Source: Octopus vulgaris (lineage: Eukaryota). Taken from it: a DNA stretch of 64,000 nt. This document shows positions 1 through 13,812 of the stretch, one piece after another. The notes beneath the pieces are model-generated. The model had not been told where the DNA came from. It did not search any database and worked only from the letters and a program-made list of their open reading frames with translations. Location of the stretch: the NCBI GenBank assembly GCA_951406725.2, contig OX597838.1, positions 21,514,001 through 21,578,000 on the forward strand. The letters are read 5' to 3'. Position numbers and translations under genes: made by a program. The first letter of the stretch is position 1. Each line of letters starts with the position of its first letter.

Positions 1-301
1 TATCTTAGCAGCACACTGGTATTCTGATTAAGGGTAATATTGGCCTGTTCGCCTAGCCAGCTGGGTGGCATCATTCGAAGTCTGAAATTCGCTCCGTAAT
101 TGCTCATAGACGATACAAAGAAAACAAGGACAGGTCATTCGAAGTTTTCTTTCCTCAGTCAAGTACCAGATTATCTTCGCAATTTTGGGTGATTATACTT
201 GAGATTGCTCCAATCTGGCCAGCCCCAAGGAAAAAATTAGCTAAGAAAGCAGCGAATGTATACAAAAACAAGGACGGAAAAAAAAAACTGACAATATTAC
301 A

Positions 302-700
302 CGGCTGTGTGGTAAGTAGCTTGCTTACCAACCACATGATTCTGGGTTCAGTCCCACTGCGTGGCACTTTGGGTAAGTGTCTTCTACTATAGCCTCGGGC
401 CGACCAAAGCCTTGTGAGTGGATTTGGTAGATGGAAACTGAAAGAAGCCCATCATATATATATGTATATATATATGTGTGTGTATATGTTTGTGTGTCTT
501 TGTTTGTCCCCCAACATCGCTTGACAACCGATGCTGACGTGTTTACGTCCCCGTAACTTAGCGGTTCGGCAAAAGAGATCAATAGAATAAGTACTAGGCT
601 TACAAAGAATAAGTCCCGGGGTCGATTTGCTCGACTAAAGGCGGTGCTCCAGCATGGCCACAGTCAAATGATTGAAACAAGTAAAAGAGTAAAAGAGTAA
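302..700 (+). mobile_element. tRNA-derived SINE family A
   Basis: A-box-like GGCTGTGTGGTAAG, B-box-like GGTTCAGTCCC, central microsatellite, (AAAAGAGT)n tail; many copies in the window. Confidence 0.85.
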
Positions 701-703
701 ATG

Positions 704-762
<59 letters not shown>

Positions 763-768
763 TGTATG

Positions 769-810
<42 letters not shown>

Positions 811-1144
811 CATGCATATATGTATATATAGATAGCAAAGTAGGGAGACAAGACCAGGTAGATATCAATTCAGTCTCAATAGCATTAATTCCATAGCTTA
901 AATACTTTATGTAGCAGGTCCCAACAAAATGTAATAGCGTACTTAGTAAAAGTATAAACGGATTTGTCCTTCAAATGCATTGTATTGACAATTATTTAAT
1001 CATTTATTTATTTAATTAACTAATTAAAATAGATATACTCTTAGTAATTAAGCAGAAACATGTGTCGGAAAATTATTTATTTAGATGGATAAATGAATGA
1101 AGGATTATTATATCTGTTTCCGTTGCCTACCTTATTATATATAT

Positions 1145-1226
<82 letters not shown>

Positions 1227-1240
1227 TTTCAAACCTGTCT

Positions 1241-1295
<55 letters not shown>

Positions 1296-1351
1296 GAGGC
1301 AGTAGGGTAGCTGGATGTGTGTATATATATATACACACATATATATACATA

Positions 1352-1390
<39 letters not shown>

Positions 1391-1564
1391 AAATATTAGG
1401 GAATAATAGTGGTTTTATCACTAATTTAATATAATATATATATATATATATATATGCATACAGACTTATATACATGTATGTATGTATAGGTATAGATAGA
1501 TAGATAGATAGCTAGATAGATAAAGAGAGAGAAAGGAATACAAAGAAAAGATTGTACACCTGTG

Positions 1565-1608
<44 letters not shown>

Positions 1609-1974
1609 CATGCATGTATGAGAAAGCATGAAATAATTATACATACCAATGTTGTTATTTTGTTATGAAATCTTTACATTCTCGTTCTATATCACAGATG
1701 GACAGGTGTTGCTCACAAACAAACCTCTACACACCTGATGCGCAGAGAGCGACAGCGAGAGGGAGAGGGAGAGAGAGTGAGAGAGAGAGAGTGGGGGGGG
1801 GAGAAAGTGGGAGAGAAAGCGAAAGATAGGAGGAGAGAGGGAGAAAGAGAGAGAGACATTCAGACAGCGAGGTCACACCTGGATGTTTTATGGATTACCT
1901 TGATGATGCCCATCTTTTACGCATGCGCATGTATTGAATGTAGAAAAAACGAATCAAAATACTCACAAACATGT

Positions 1975-2021
<47 letters not shown>

Positions 2022-2202
2022 CACAAACACGCACACACACGGAGGGGGTGAAGGACGGGGTTTTAAAAAACATAAGCGTGTTAAAATTGACACAGATCTG
2101 AAAAGGTAAGATTGATAGCAAAATCCTTTCTCTCCTTCTCTCACTGAATCTCCCCCTGTTAATGCTATCTCTCTCTCTTTCTCCATCTCTCTCTCTCTCT
2201 CC

Positions 2203-2250
<48 letters not shown>

Positions 2251-2321
2251 ACCTTATATATTTATATACATATATATATATATACATATATATATGTATA
2301 TACATATATATACACACCTGC

Positions 2322-2360
<39 letters not shown>

Positions 2361-2375
2361 CATCATATATAACTA

Positions 2376-2427
<52 letters not shown>

Positions 2428-2648
2428 CATCATATATATCTATATCTATATATATATATGATATTTATGTATATAAATATATATGTATATATATATATGT
2501 ATGTATATATATATGTATATGTATATATATATATACACACATATATATATATATATACATATATATATACGTATATATATATATATTTACGTATGTATAT
2601 ACATATACATACATACATACATACATATATATGTATATATATATATAC

Positions 2649-3400
2649 ACAGTTTGCATTGAAATAATTGTCGTCTAAATTACACAAAAATGAAAATAAC
2701 ACTGGCATCTCATTTTAACATATATTTGCTAAAATTACATAAAAATATCTTGAAATACTAAAGACTAAATTTATTCAATAAATTCGCCATTGGCTTCAAC
2801 CACGACCTCCAGACACCTTCGGCATCTTCTGCTACTCATCTGGACGTTTTCCTTGTTTAGGTTGGTGAATGCTGCCATAATCCTTGCCTTCATCTCATCT
2901 TTGGTGTTCCAAAGAGATTTGTTGTTCTCTCGCTCAACTGCGTCCCACACATAATAGTCAGGGGGGCTGCAATATGGGGAGATAAGTGGCCAGATGTTAG
3001 GGGTGATGTGAGAGCAGAAGTTATCTGACTTGGTTCTTCTGCTCGTGTGTCATAGTGCCGTGTGGGGAGGTGAATGGATGCATAACGCTGCCATCAATTG
3101 TGATCACTCCAAACACCATGATTTTGAGGGAATGTTTGATCTTTATCACTCTCGGCACTTCTCAGATTGACACTCAGACACTCTGAAATGTTCGTAGTTG
3201 AACTTCCTGAGCGAATGCCAAGCAATACAACATTTCGTTTCCAAATTTCTGGCAGAGTGGATTGCGTCATGCTGCTGTTTTTCTCATAGACGGTGCCCAA
3301 CCGACTCTACTAAACAGTATAGTCAAGAAAATAAAAACAAACAATGCGCATGCGCGATATTAAAATATAAAATGGCGACAATTTACCCATCGCGCCTTGT
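2649..3400 (-). mobile_element. Internally deleted Tc1/mariner-superfamily transposon (maT/DD37D-like)
   Basis: Minus-strand remnants IKHSLKIMVFGVITIDG and ITPNIWPLISPYCSPPDYYVWDAVERENNK...LEVVVEANGEFIE*. Terminal TACAAGGCGCGATGGGTAAATTGTCGCC next to TA. Confidence 0.75.
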
Positions 3401-3571
3401 ATATATATATATATATACATATATATGTATATGTATGTATATGTATATATATATATGTGTGTGTGTGTGCGTGTGTGTGCATATATATATATACACACAC
3501 ATATATATATTTAAATATATATATGTATATATGTGTATATATATATATATACATATGTATACATATATTTA

Positions 3572-3602
<31 letters not shown>

Positions 3603-4489
3603 GTACATGTATATATATGTATATATATATATATACGTACATATATGTATACATGTATAAATATACATATGTGTATATATTTCATATACATATATACATA
3701 CATACACACGTGCGCGCACACACACACACACACACTCATATATACATACACATATATGCACATACATACATGTGTATATACATATACGAATGCATATTTA
3801 CATGTGTGTACACACACACACACGCACATACATACATATATATCCATAATTGTTCTTGCCATGCAATCGCAACAATTACCACTACCACCACCACACCACT
3901 ACCACCACCACAGCCACCACCATCATCATCAACAACACCCGCCGCCACTACCATCAACACCACCACCGTCGTCATTCACTCGCCAACGTCGCCGCCACCA
4001 CCACCACCACCACCACCACCACCATAACCACGACGACGACCACCACCACTATCACCACCACCATCATGATGATTGTGTTTGCGGTTATAGTATTGAGGAA
4101 TGGGTTGTTGTTGGTGTCGGTGGCGGCAGTGGTGCTGGTGGTGGTGGTGTAGTTGTTTGCGTTGGAGTTGGTTGTAGAGTCGATGTTGATGGTGGTGGAA
4201 GTGGTTGTGGTGGAGGTGGCGGTGATGGTGGTGGCGGTGGTGGCAGCGGTGATGGTGGTCGTGATACTGGTATTGTTGTTGTTGCTGGTGCTTGTAGTGG
4301 TGGTGGTGATGGTGGTTGTGGTGGAGGTGATGTCGATGGTGATATTGGTGTTGTTGTTGTTGGTGGTGGTGGTGATGGTGGTGATGGCTCTAATTTCTCG
4401 GGATTTCTTCCTACGATATTATTAGTAAAGTTAGATTTATTGCTAGATTAATAGGATTAGGATTAACTCTTTATTGTACAGTATAATAG

Positions 4490-4672
4490 GTGTGGAGAGG
4501 GAGAGGGAGAGGGAGAGGGTGAAGATGGCGGCGGAAGTGGGGGTGGCAGTGAGAGAGAGAGAAAGGGTAGAGCTATGGTTATGGCAGGGGAATATGTGAT
4601 AGAATGATAGAGAGAGAGGAGGGGGGAGAGGTGTGTGACACAGGTAGAAGTCAAAGAGAAATAGTGAGTAAA

Positions 4673-4707
<35 letters not shown>

Positions 4708-5171
4708 TTGAAGAGAGGAAGGAGAGTGTGGGTGAAAGGAGGAGTAAAACAATTTTTTGTTAGACAAGGGTGGAGGAAAGAGATGGAGAGTAAGATTGAA
4801 AAAGAGGGGGAAAGAGAAGAGGAGAAAGTCGTTAGTATGATAAAGATGGAGGAGAGGAAGACAGGAGAAAGGAGAGTAGAAGAGAGTGAGAGGTAGAGAA
4901 AATATAAGAAACGTCTAGAGAGCGAAAAAGGTGTCATAGAAATAGATAGGATCAGAAAGAGTGGAACATAACTGAGGGAGAGAGAGAGAGAGAGAGAGGA
5001 GAGAGAAGAAGAGGAAGGAGAGAGCGAGAGGTGTGAGACAGAGAGAGTCAGACAGACAGACAGAGCTGTGTGATTGAGATAAAGGAGGGAAAGGTGTGAA
5101 GAGGGGAGGAGGAGAGTGAGAAGTGTGATAGAGAGATAGACTATAAATAGATAGATAGATAGATAGATAGG

Positions 5172-5204
<33 letters not shown>

Positions 5205-5458
5205 GATAGATTGATAGGTAGATAGATAGACACATAAATTCGATAGATAGACAGATAGACAGATAATTGATAGTTATAAACAGGTAGATGGACAGATATA
5301 CAGACAGACTGATAGATAGATGGCCACATTAATTGATAGATAGATAGATAGTTAGATGTAGAGATAGATAAAAATATAACCATTGACAGATAGATATACA
5401 TACAGGTAGATGGGTAGGTGGATAGATATAGATGGATAGATAGATGGGTATATATATA

Positions 5459-5526
<68 letters not shown>

Positions 5527-6110
5527 CATATATGCATATGTGTGTGTATGTGTATGTATGTGAGGGAGAGAGAGAGAGAGAGGTTTATACATAGATAGAC
5601 AGATAAACAGATAGACAAGCTGATTAGTAGGTAAGTATGTAGGTAGGTAGGTAGATAGATAGAGAGGGAGACAGAGGACGGGAGAGGAAAAGTGATAGGT
5701 ACATAGGGAGGAGAAATAAAGAGTAAAAGGACGAGGAGGATAAAGAGAAAAAAAGAGAGTTGGAGGAGTGGTAAGATAGAAGGAAGAATGGAGAGGAGAG
5801 AGGGAGAGAGGGGATAGACTTCAAGAAGTGGGGGGAAGGCAGAGGTGGGATAAAAAGGGAAAGAGTGAGAGAAGTAAATAGCAGAGGGAGGAGAGTGGAA
5901 AGAAGGAAAGTGAGATCCAGCAAGAGCAAGAGAGAGAGGGAGAGCGGGGAGAGAGAGGGAGAGGGGGGAGAGAGTGAAGACGGAGGGAGAGAGAGGGAGA
6001 GAGGGGATAGAGAGTGAAGGGGGGAGAGAGGGAGAGGGGGGAGAGAGTGAAGAGGGAGGGAGAGAGAGAGAGAGAGATTAGGTGAAGATGATAAAAAGGA
6101 GACAAAACTC
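4490..6110. repeat. Purine-rich low-complexity tract with (GA)n, (TAGA)n, (TG)n
   Basis: Strong purine strand bias and simple repeats. Confidence 0.9.
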
Positions 6111-6554
6111 GGAGGAGAGACTACGAGCAAAGGCGGGGTGTATGTCTCTCTGTATATTATGTGAGTGTACTTGGGTATGTGTGACTGTGTCTGTACGTTC
6201 TTGAACGTTGTATGTGTGTGTGTGTGTGTGTGTGTGTCTGAGAGAGAGAGAGAGAATGTCTATGTGTATCGTACTTCCTCCTCAACACATGCATATTTGC
6301 ATTAACAGTTTGACTCAGAATCGCATTACTTGAACTTTCACAAAAATGAGAAGAAAAAAACACAAACAAACAAACAAACAAAAACAAAAACAAAAAAGAA
6401 GCCCGTTTCTGTTTGGAAGCCGTTTCCTGAGTAACAAGGCGTTCACAGCTTCTAGTTAAGGTTGATTGTCATTAAATCATAATCAGGGTTCGTTCTCATT
6501 GGCTAGTTTAGATCATGTGTGGATGCTGGTTAAAGATAAAGCCCCTTCTCGAGT

Positions 6555-6786
6555 CATATGGATTCATAAGGGCCGGTTTCCCCAGTTTCTGTGGCGTATA
6601 CATTCCCCACCTGGATGGGTCACTGGTCAATCGCAAGATTACTCACTTTTGCCGGCTGAGTGGACTGGAGCAAAGTGAAGTGAAGTCTTTTGCTCAAGAA
6701 TACAACACATTGCCCGGCCCAGGAACCGAAACAAGAATCTTACGATCATGAGGCCATCACCATAAACAGTAAGCCATGCGTTTCTA
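6555..6786 (-). mobile_element. Older tRNA-derived SINE family D (related copies ~13110-13340, ~40276-40570, ~42065-42260)
   Basis: tRNA-like head followed by CTTGAGCAA..ACTTCA.TTCAC.TTGCTCCAGT.CACTCAGC and ...GAAACCGG tail. Confidence 0.65.
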
Positions 6787-6858
6787 CCAATTGTAACTGA
6801 TGGTAACCAATACTGACTGCTGAATGCTGCCTAATAAGGCGGCGATCTGGCAGAAACG

Positions 6859-7014
6859 CTGTTGAAGAGCGTAGGCTCGAAACGTAAAAGACTTTCTCGT
6901 CTTCCCGAGCGTTAAATTAATACACCTGATTGTTGTTTACACAGCTGTCTTCGTCTTTTGTTTTTTTTTGTAAATTTCAGCTATAAATGTATATATGTAT
7001 AAATATATATACAC

Positions 7015-7059
<45 letters not shown>

Positions 7060-7260
7060 GCACATATATGCATATATATGTGTAAGCTTTCTTTTTTTAT
7101 TCTCCTCTCTTTTATTTTCTCGTGATCCTTTTTTGATAAAGAGCGTAGGCTCGAATCGTAAAAGACTTCCTCACTCTCCCGAGCGCTAAACTAATACACC
7201 TGTTTGTTGTTTACACAGCTGTCTTCGCCCCCACTTTTTTTTTTGTAAATTCCAACTATG
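6859..7260 (+). mobile_element. Two tandem copies of a short hammerhead-like-motif-bearing element separated by microsatellite
   Basis: CTGTTGAAGAGCGTAGGCTCGAAACGTAAAAG (6859-6890) and TTGATAAAGAGCGTAGGCTCGAATCGTAAAAG (~7133-7164). Each is followed by the same ~95-bp downstream sequence (...CCCGAGCG.TAAA.TAATACACCTG...). Confidence 0.65.
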
Positions 7261-7645
7261 TAACTCAAATAAGAAGGCAAAGAAAACTTCAGATCATCTT
7301 TAATGACTAGTTACAGTTTTGATAGCAAGCTGTTTTTACGCCATTGCACGCAAAAGTTTCGTGTGAAAAGTTGCGTAAAATTTGCGATTTTATGCATTAA
7401 AGTGGCACTTCATCAGATTTGCATCAAAGGGTGCGCTCTTACATGGTGCGCCTCTCAAGAGTTTATACTTATATATATACATGTATATATATGTATAGAA
7501 ATTAAATATAAAATATAAATTACAAAGTGGGACAAGAACGCAAAAACACACAAAGAGACGACACAAAAAACAGACGGGTCACTCGAAGCCTCTAATCTTC
7601 AGTCGGGAACCGGATCATCTTAGTAATTTCGATATATATACATAT

Positions 7646-8075
7646 ATTCTGAGTTCAAATTCCGCCGAGGTCGACTTTACCTTTCATCCTTTCGGGGTCG
7701 ATAAATAAAGTACCAGTTTCTCACTGGGGGGGGGGGTCGATGTAATCGACTTAATCCCTTTGTCTGTCCTTATTTAGCCCCTTGTGGGCAATAAAGAAAT
7801 ATATATACATGTATATATACATATACATATGTGTGTGTATGCATGAATGTGTATATATATTTCTTTACTGCCCACAAGGGGTTAAACATAGAGGGGACAA
7901 ACAAGGACAGACAAAGAGATTACATCAACCCCAGTGCGTAACTGGTACTTAATTTATCGACCCCGAAAGGATGAAAGGCAAAGTCGACCTCGGCGGAATT
8001 TGAACCCAGAACGTAACGACAGACGAAATACCGCTAAGCATTTCGCCCAGCGCGCTAACGGTTCTGTCAGCTCAA
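7646..8075. mobile_element. SINE family B, two copies tail-to-tail (7646-7800 +, 7862-8075 -)
   Basis: B-box-like GAGTTCAAATTCC and core GTCGACTTT.CCTTTCATCCTTTCGGGGTCGATAAAT.AAGTACCAG in both orientations. Confidence 0.85.
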
Positions 8076-8199
8076 CATACGTATCTACATACACATACAT
8101 ATATGCATATACTCAAAGACGCGCGCATACACACACATACTCACACATACACACACATATATGTATAAAGAGATAGCTATGCAGATGAGTTGTTTGATG

Positions 8200-8268
<69 letters not shown>

Positions 8269-8422
8269 TAGATAGATATAGATATATAGATAGGTAGATA
8301 CATAGATAGAGGTATGGATAGATGGACGGATAGATGGATGGATAACCACAGAGACAGATAGACAAACAGGCAGACAGACAGATACACAGATACTTAGAGA
8401 TAAATAGATAGATGCAGAGATG

Positions 8423-8468
<46 letters not shown>

Positions 8469-8536
8469 AAGAGAGATAGATAGATAGAAAGATACATACA
8501 TACATACATACACACATACATACATACATACATACA

Positions 8537-8567
<31 letters not shown>

Positions 8568-8653
8568 GTTCGTGTGTCTGTGTGTGTGTTTGTATTTAGA
8601 TACGTAGATAAATAGATGATAGACAGACAGACAGACAGATAGATAGGTAGATA

Positions 8654-9252
8654 TTTTTCTTTATTGCCCACAAGGGGCTAAACATAGAGGGGACAAACAA
8701 GGACAGAGAAGGGAATTAAATCGATTATATCGACCCCAGTGATTAACTGGTACTTATTTAATCGACCTCGAAAGGATGAAAGGCAAAGTCGATCTCGGCG
8801 GAATTCGAACAAAGAACGTAACGGCAGATGAAATACCTATTTCTTTACTACCCACAAGGGGCTAAACACAGAGGGGCAAACAAGGACAGACAAATGGATT
8901 AAGTCGATTACATCGACTCCAGTGCGTAACTGGTACTTATATTATTGACCTCGAAATGATGAAAAACAAAGTCGACCTCGGCGGAATTTGAACTCAGAAC
9001 GTAACGGCAGATGAAATACCTATTTCTTTACTACCCACAAGGGGCTAAACACAGAGGGGACAAGCAAGGACAGACAAAGGGATTAAGTCGATTACATCGA
9101 CTCCAGTGCGTAACTGGTACTTAATTTATCGTCCCCGAAAGGATGAAAAGCAAAGTCGACCTCGGCGGAATTTGAACTCAGAACGTAGCGGCAGATGAAA
9201 TACCGCTTGGCATTTCGCCCGGCGTGCTAACGGTTCTGCCAGCACGCCGCCT
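8654..9252 (-). mobile_element. SINE family B, tandem trimer
   Basis: Three ~185-bp head-to-tail units; only one has the full GGCGGCG.GCTGGCAGAA head. Confidence 0.9.
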
Positions 9253-9320
9253 AGATGGATGGATGGATGGATGATCACAAAGATAGATAGACAGATAGAC
9301 AGATACTTAGATAGAGATAA

Positions 9321-9360
<40 letters not shown>

Positions 9361-9651
9361 GTAGGTAGGTAGGTAGGTAGGTAGGCAAAGTGAATGACAA
9401 AGAGACGGACAGGTTGATACATCTGCACATGTGACATCAGTGATGTGTAGTCGTGGCCTAATGACTTAGACCGAACAAGTACCGCTGACCTGCGACACAA
9501 ACAGATTTGACACTGACTGAATTGGTACGAAATGTCAGTTAAGTGGCTTTTCACATTGATGGGTCTATAAACAACATTAACACGCACTATATACATAATA
9601 CATACATAAATACATACACATATGGATGCATGTATGTATGTATGTCATGTA

Positions 9652-9700
<49 letters not shown>

Positions 9701-9811
9701 ACACATGCATGTATGCATGTAGGTATGAATATGTATATATATATATGTGTGTGGGCATATATATATATGTATATATGTGTATGTATATTTATGTATGTAT
9801 GTATCCATGTA

Positions 9812-9927
<116 letters not shown>

Positions 9928-10594
9928 TACATAAATATATGAATAAATATATATTTATGTATATGTATATATCTTACATATACTTACATAGATACACACA
10001 CATACACACTCACACAAACACACACACAAACACACACACATACACACACACACACATATATATATATACACATACAAGCATACATATCTACACATGCACA
10101 AACACACACACATCAATATATACACACGCAGATAGATAATAAATGCTAGGGTTTACGTTTGATAAACATGGCTGTGTATTTTATTCGTCCTTTATATGTT
10201 GAAATATGAGTCAATTCATACAAGCTTGCACGCATGCGTAAACATGTACTCATGCACTCGCGCTCGCGCACTCTGATATTGTCATGTCCCCACCTTTCTT
10301 TTTTTTATATATATTATACTTGTTTCTGTCATTTTACTGCGGCCATGCTAGAGCACCGCCTTGAAGGATTGAGCCACATTTGCAGCGCCTTTATGGTTGT
10401 TGGAGAATATTTTGTTATGCATCAGGAAGGAATAGGTGTATGCAGTAATTCTGGATGTTAGTAGATGGTTCGTACATGGTTACACGGTTGCATGGTCGAA
10501 AGGGTTGGAATATTCATCACTTTTGGGGACAAAGTTACTCCAATTATCATCCAGGGTGGGGCATTTTTGGGATCATGTTTAATACTATTGTACA

Positions 10595-11080
10595 GGCGCA
10601 GGAGTGGCTGTGTGGTAAGTAGCTTGCTTACCAACCACATGGTTCCGGGTTCAGTCCCACCGCGTAGCATCTTGGGCAAGTGTCTTCTGCTATAGCCTCG
10701 GGCGGACCAAAGCCTTGTGAGTGGATTTGGTAGACGGAAACTGAAAGAAGCCCGTCGTATATATGTATGTGTGTGTATATGTTTGTGTGTCTTTGTTTGT
10801 CCCCCAACATCGCTTGACAACTGATGCTGGTCGTATATAGCCTGTCGTATATATGTATGTATGTATGTGTGAGTATATGTTTGTGTTTGTGTTTGTCCCC
10901 CCTAGCATTGCTTGACAACCGATGCTGGTGTGTTTACGTCCCCGTAACTTCGGCAAAAGATACCGATAGAATAAGTACTGGGGCTTACAAAGAATAAGTC
11001 CCGGGGTCGATTTGCTCGACTAAAGGCGGTGCTCCAGCATGGCCGCAGTCAAATGACTGAAACAAGTAAAAGAGAGTAAA
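10595..11080 (+). mobile_element. SINE family A (internal duplication)
   Basis: Full head GGCGCAGGAGTGGCTGTGTGG to tail GTAAAAGAGAGTAAA; central segment duplicated. Confidence 0.9.
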
Positions 11081-11426
11081 AGAAAAAAAGAGAGGTGGAT
11101 CAATCTCTTAGGGAATTTAGGGACAGAATTCAACCAGAAGGAAATCTCCACAATTAGTAACTTCTTACAACATACGGTAAGCGAGCATGGAATAGTATGA
11201 TTGATGAAATTAACGAGAAGTATGTCCAATAACATAGATTCTTGCTATGTCCAGTAACATAGGTTCATACAATAACAGATTCATACTATCTCATATTAAT
11301 GTACATGGTTAGATGATTGCAAGGCGGGGTCGATAGGGTTGGGATTTTCATCACTTTTGGGAAGTAAGTTAGTGCATTTATCATCCACATCAAGGCGGGG
11401 ACTTTTCGGGGATCACGTTTAATACT

Positions 11427-11868
11427 AGAAAATTACTGTTTTTAAATCTCACAACGTGAGATATTCAGCAACAGTACTTTGTAGTAAAGATTGTTTGCCA
11501 ACATAACATGGCAGTCCTGGTTCAGGACGAATGTTGCTGTAATTTAGCCCCAGAAGACATCGTCTCCAGCTGGTTATACGACACGATTTGTGTCCTTACA
11601 TTTTCGAACAAGGGAAATTAGCACCTCCACTCAGCTCAAAACAATATCTGTGTATCGCGATTTCTGTATCGCGAAAGAACCCAGAAATCGCGATTCACAG
11701 ATATTACTTTGAGCTGAGTTGGGGTGCTAGATTCACCTTGTTCGAAAATGTAAGGATACAGATCGTGTCGTATCGCCAGCTGGAGATGATGTCTCCTGGG
11801 GCTTAATTACAGTAACATTAGTCCTAAACCAGGACTTCGTGTTATGTTGGCAAACAATCTTTGCTACA
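11427..11868. mobile_element. Foldback (palindromic) insertion with 12-bp flanking direct repeat
   Basis: 11479-11665 is an imperfect reverse complement of ~11681-11869. ACGTTTAATACT is duplicated at 11415-11426 and 11869-11880. Confidence 0.8.
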
Positions 11869-12089
11869 ACGTTTAATACTGTTGTACAGGTAGACCAATC
11901 TCTTAGGGGATTTACGAGAACATTCAACCAGAAGTCAAGGAGAAGGAAATCTCCAAAATTAATACCTTCTTTTAATATACCGAAAGCTAGCACGGAAAAG
12001 TATGGATGAGGAAACTAACAAGAGATATGTCCAATAACATAGATTCATAGTATAGAGGTAATTATTAATTCGTAATCACCATTAGACTC

Positions 12090-12497
12090 TTTTACTCTTT
12101 TACTTGTTTCAGTCATTTGACTGCGGCCATGCTGGAGCACCGCCTTTTAGTCGAGCAAATCGACCCCGGGACTTATTCTTTGTAAGCCCAGTACTTATTC
12201 TATCGGTCTCTTTTGCCGAACCGCTAAGTGACGGGGACGTAAACACACCAGCATCGGTTGTCAAGCAATGCTAGGGGGACAAACACAGACACACAAACAC
12301 ACACACATATATATATATATATATACATATATACGACAGGCTTCTTTCAATTCCGTCTACCAAATCCACTCATAAGGCATTGGTCGGCCCGAGGCTATAG
12401 TAGAAGATGCTTGTCCAAGATGCCACGCAGTGGGACTGAACCCGGAACCATGTGGTTGGTTAGCAAGCTACTTACCACACAGCCACTCCTGCGCCTA
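12090..12497 (-). mobile_element. SINE family A, full length, with probable TSD
   Basis: Reverse-complement copy; TTAGACTC at 12082-12089 and 12502-12509. Confidence 0.9.
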
Positions 12498-12501
12498 TGC
12501 G

Positions 12502-12785
12502 TTAGACTCATCTAACTCTTTCCGAATCTTCTGCACTGTCCTCAGATTGACACCCAAACACTGAAATGTTAGTACTGGAGCTTCCGGCGCGAATGCCAAG
12601 CAATAGAGCATTTCGTTTCCAAATTTCTGGCAGAGTGAATTGTGTCATGGTGCTGTTTTTCTCACAGACGGTGCCCAGCTGACCCTACTATACTGTGTAG
12701 TCGACAAAATCCAAAACAAACGATGCGCATGCATGCACGATATCAAAAATATAAAATGGTGACAATTAACCCATCACACCCTGTG
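12502..12785 (-). mobile_element. 5' portion of the same Tc1/mariner family as 2649-3400
   Basis: Colinear similarity with 3150-3400 (GCGAATGCCAAGCAATA..CATTTCGTTTCCAAATTTCTGGCAGAGTG); TIR CAGGGTGTGATGGGTTAATTGTCACC. Confidence 0.7.
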
Positions 12786-12859
<74 letters not shown>

Positions 12860-12861
<2 letters not shown>

Positions 12862-13025
12862 AAGGGAAATTTTACGAAAATAAACAAGAGACGAAGGCAG
12901 GTGGTGTACAAACAAACAAATGTATTAATATAGCGCTCAGGAATAGAAAAAGTCTCTTACGTTTCGAGCCTACGCTCTTCCACAGAAAAAAACAAGGAGA
13001 GAAAAAAAATGCGTGTAGTAGCTAA

Positions 13026-13030
<5 letters not shown>
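12860..13030 (-). mobile_element. Short (TA)n-embedded element with degenerate hammerhead-like motif
   Basis: Minus strand reads TTTTCTGTGGAAGAGCGTAGGCTCGAAACGTAAGAG. Homologous to the 6859 and 60420-60610 copies; (TA)n on both sides. Confidence 0.6.
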
Positions 13031-13081
<51 letters not shown>

Positions 13082-13780
13082 GTATGTATATATATTATAT
13101 GCACTGTGTGGCAGTGCGCGGCTTAGTGGTTAAGGTGATGAACTCATGTTCGTAAGATTTTGGTTTCGAATCCGGACCGTCCTTTGTGTTGTTGAACAAA
13201 TCACTTCATTTCACATTGCTCCAGTGCACTCAGCCAGGACAGATGAGTAATCCAGCGGCCGGCGGACCGCAATATACACGCGACTGAATCCGGGGGAACT
13301 GGCCTCATTGCCGTTTGATCCGGGAAAGACCTTCGAATTTTTTTCTTTTCATATACCCTGTAGTCTCACAATTATATATAATATAGCGAATCGGAAAACT
13401 CCCATCGACCGAGATTCAAATATTCAGGCTGGGAGTGTTCAGTAGTGGTATCAATAGTGATAAAAAACCCCCACCAAAAAGCTCCCAGCGAACACAGGAA
13501 AGCAATTCTAACATTATCAAGTAATCCAAATTCCAAGGAAATATATAAACAATGCAGTTATAAGTGGGTTTCTAGATGCATAAGGAATGATAAGAGAACA
13601 AAAAAGGATTTAATCAACTTCATTAGCTAACAGCTGTTTCTGCTACAACTTGTGTATCACCTTAATGCTGGTACAGATACATACATAATACATACATACA
13701 TACATACATACATACATACATACATACGTACGTACATACATACATACGTACGTACATACATACATACATACATACATACA

Positions 13781-13812
<32 letters not shown>

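Noticed and set aside
3198-4451. 417-aa ORF with His-rich and Gly-rich segments
   Set aside because: It begins antisense in a Tc1/mariner remnant, runs through (TA)/(CA) microsatellite, then (CAC)n and (GGT)n repeats that lack stops by composition. No domain signal or splice support is visible.
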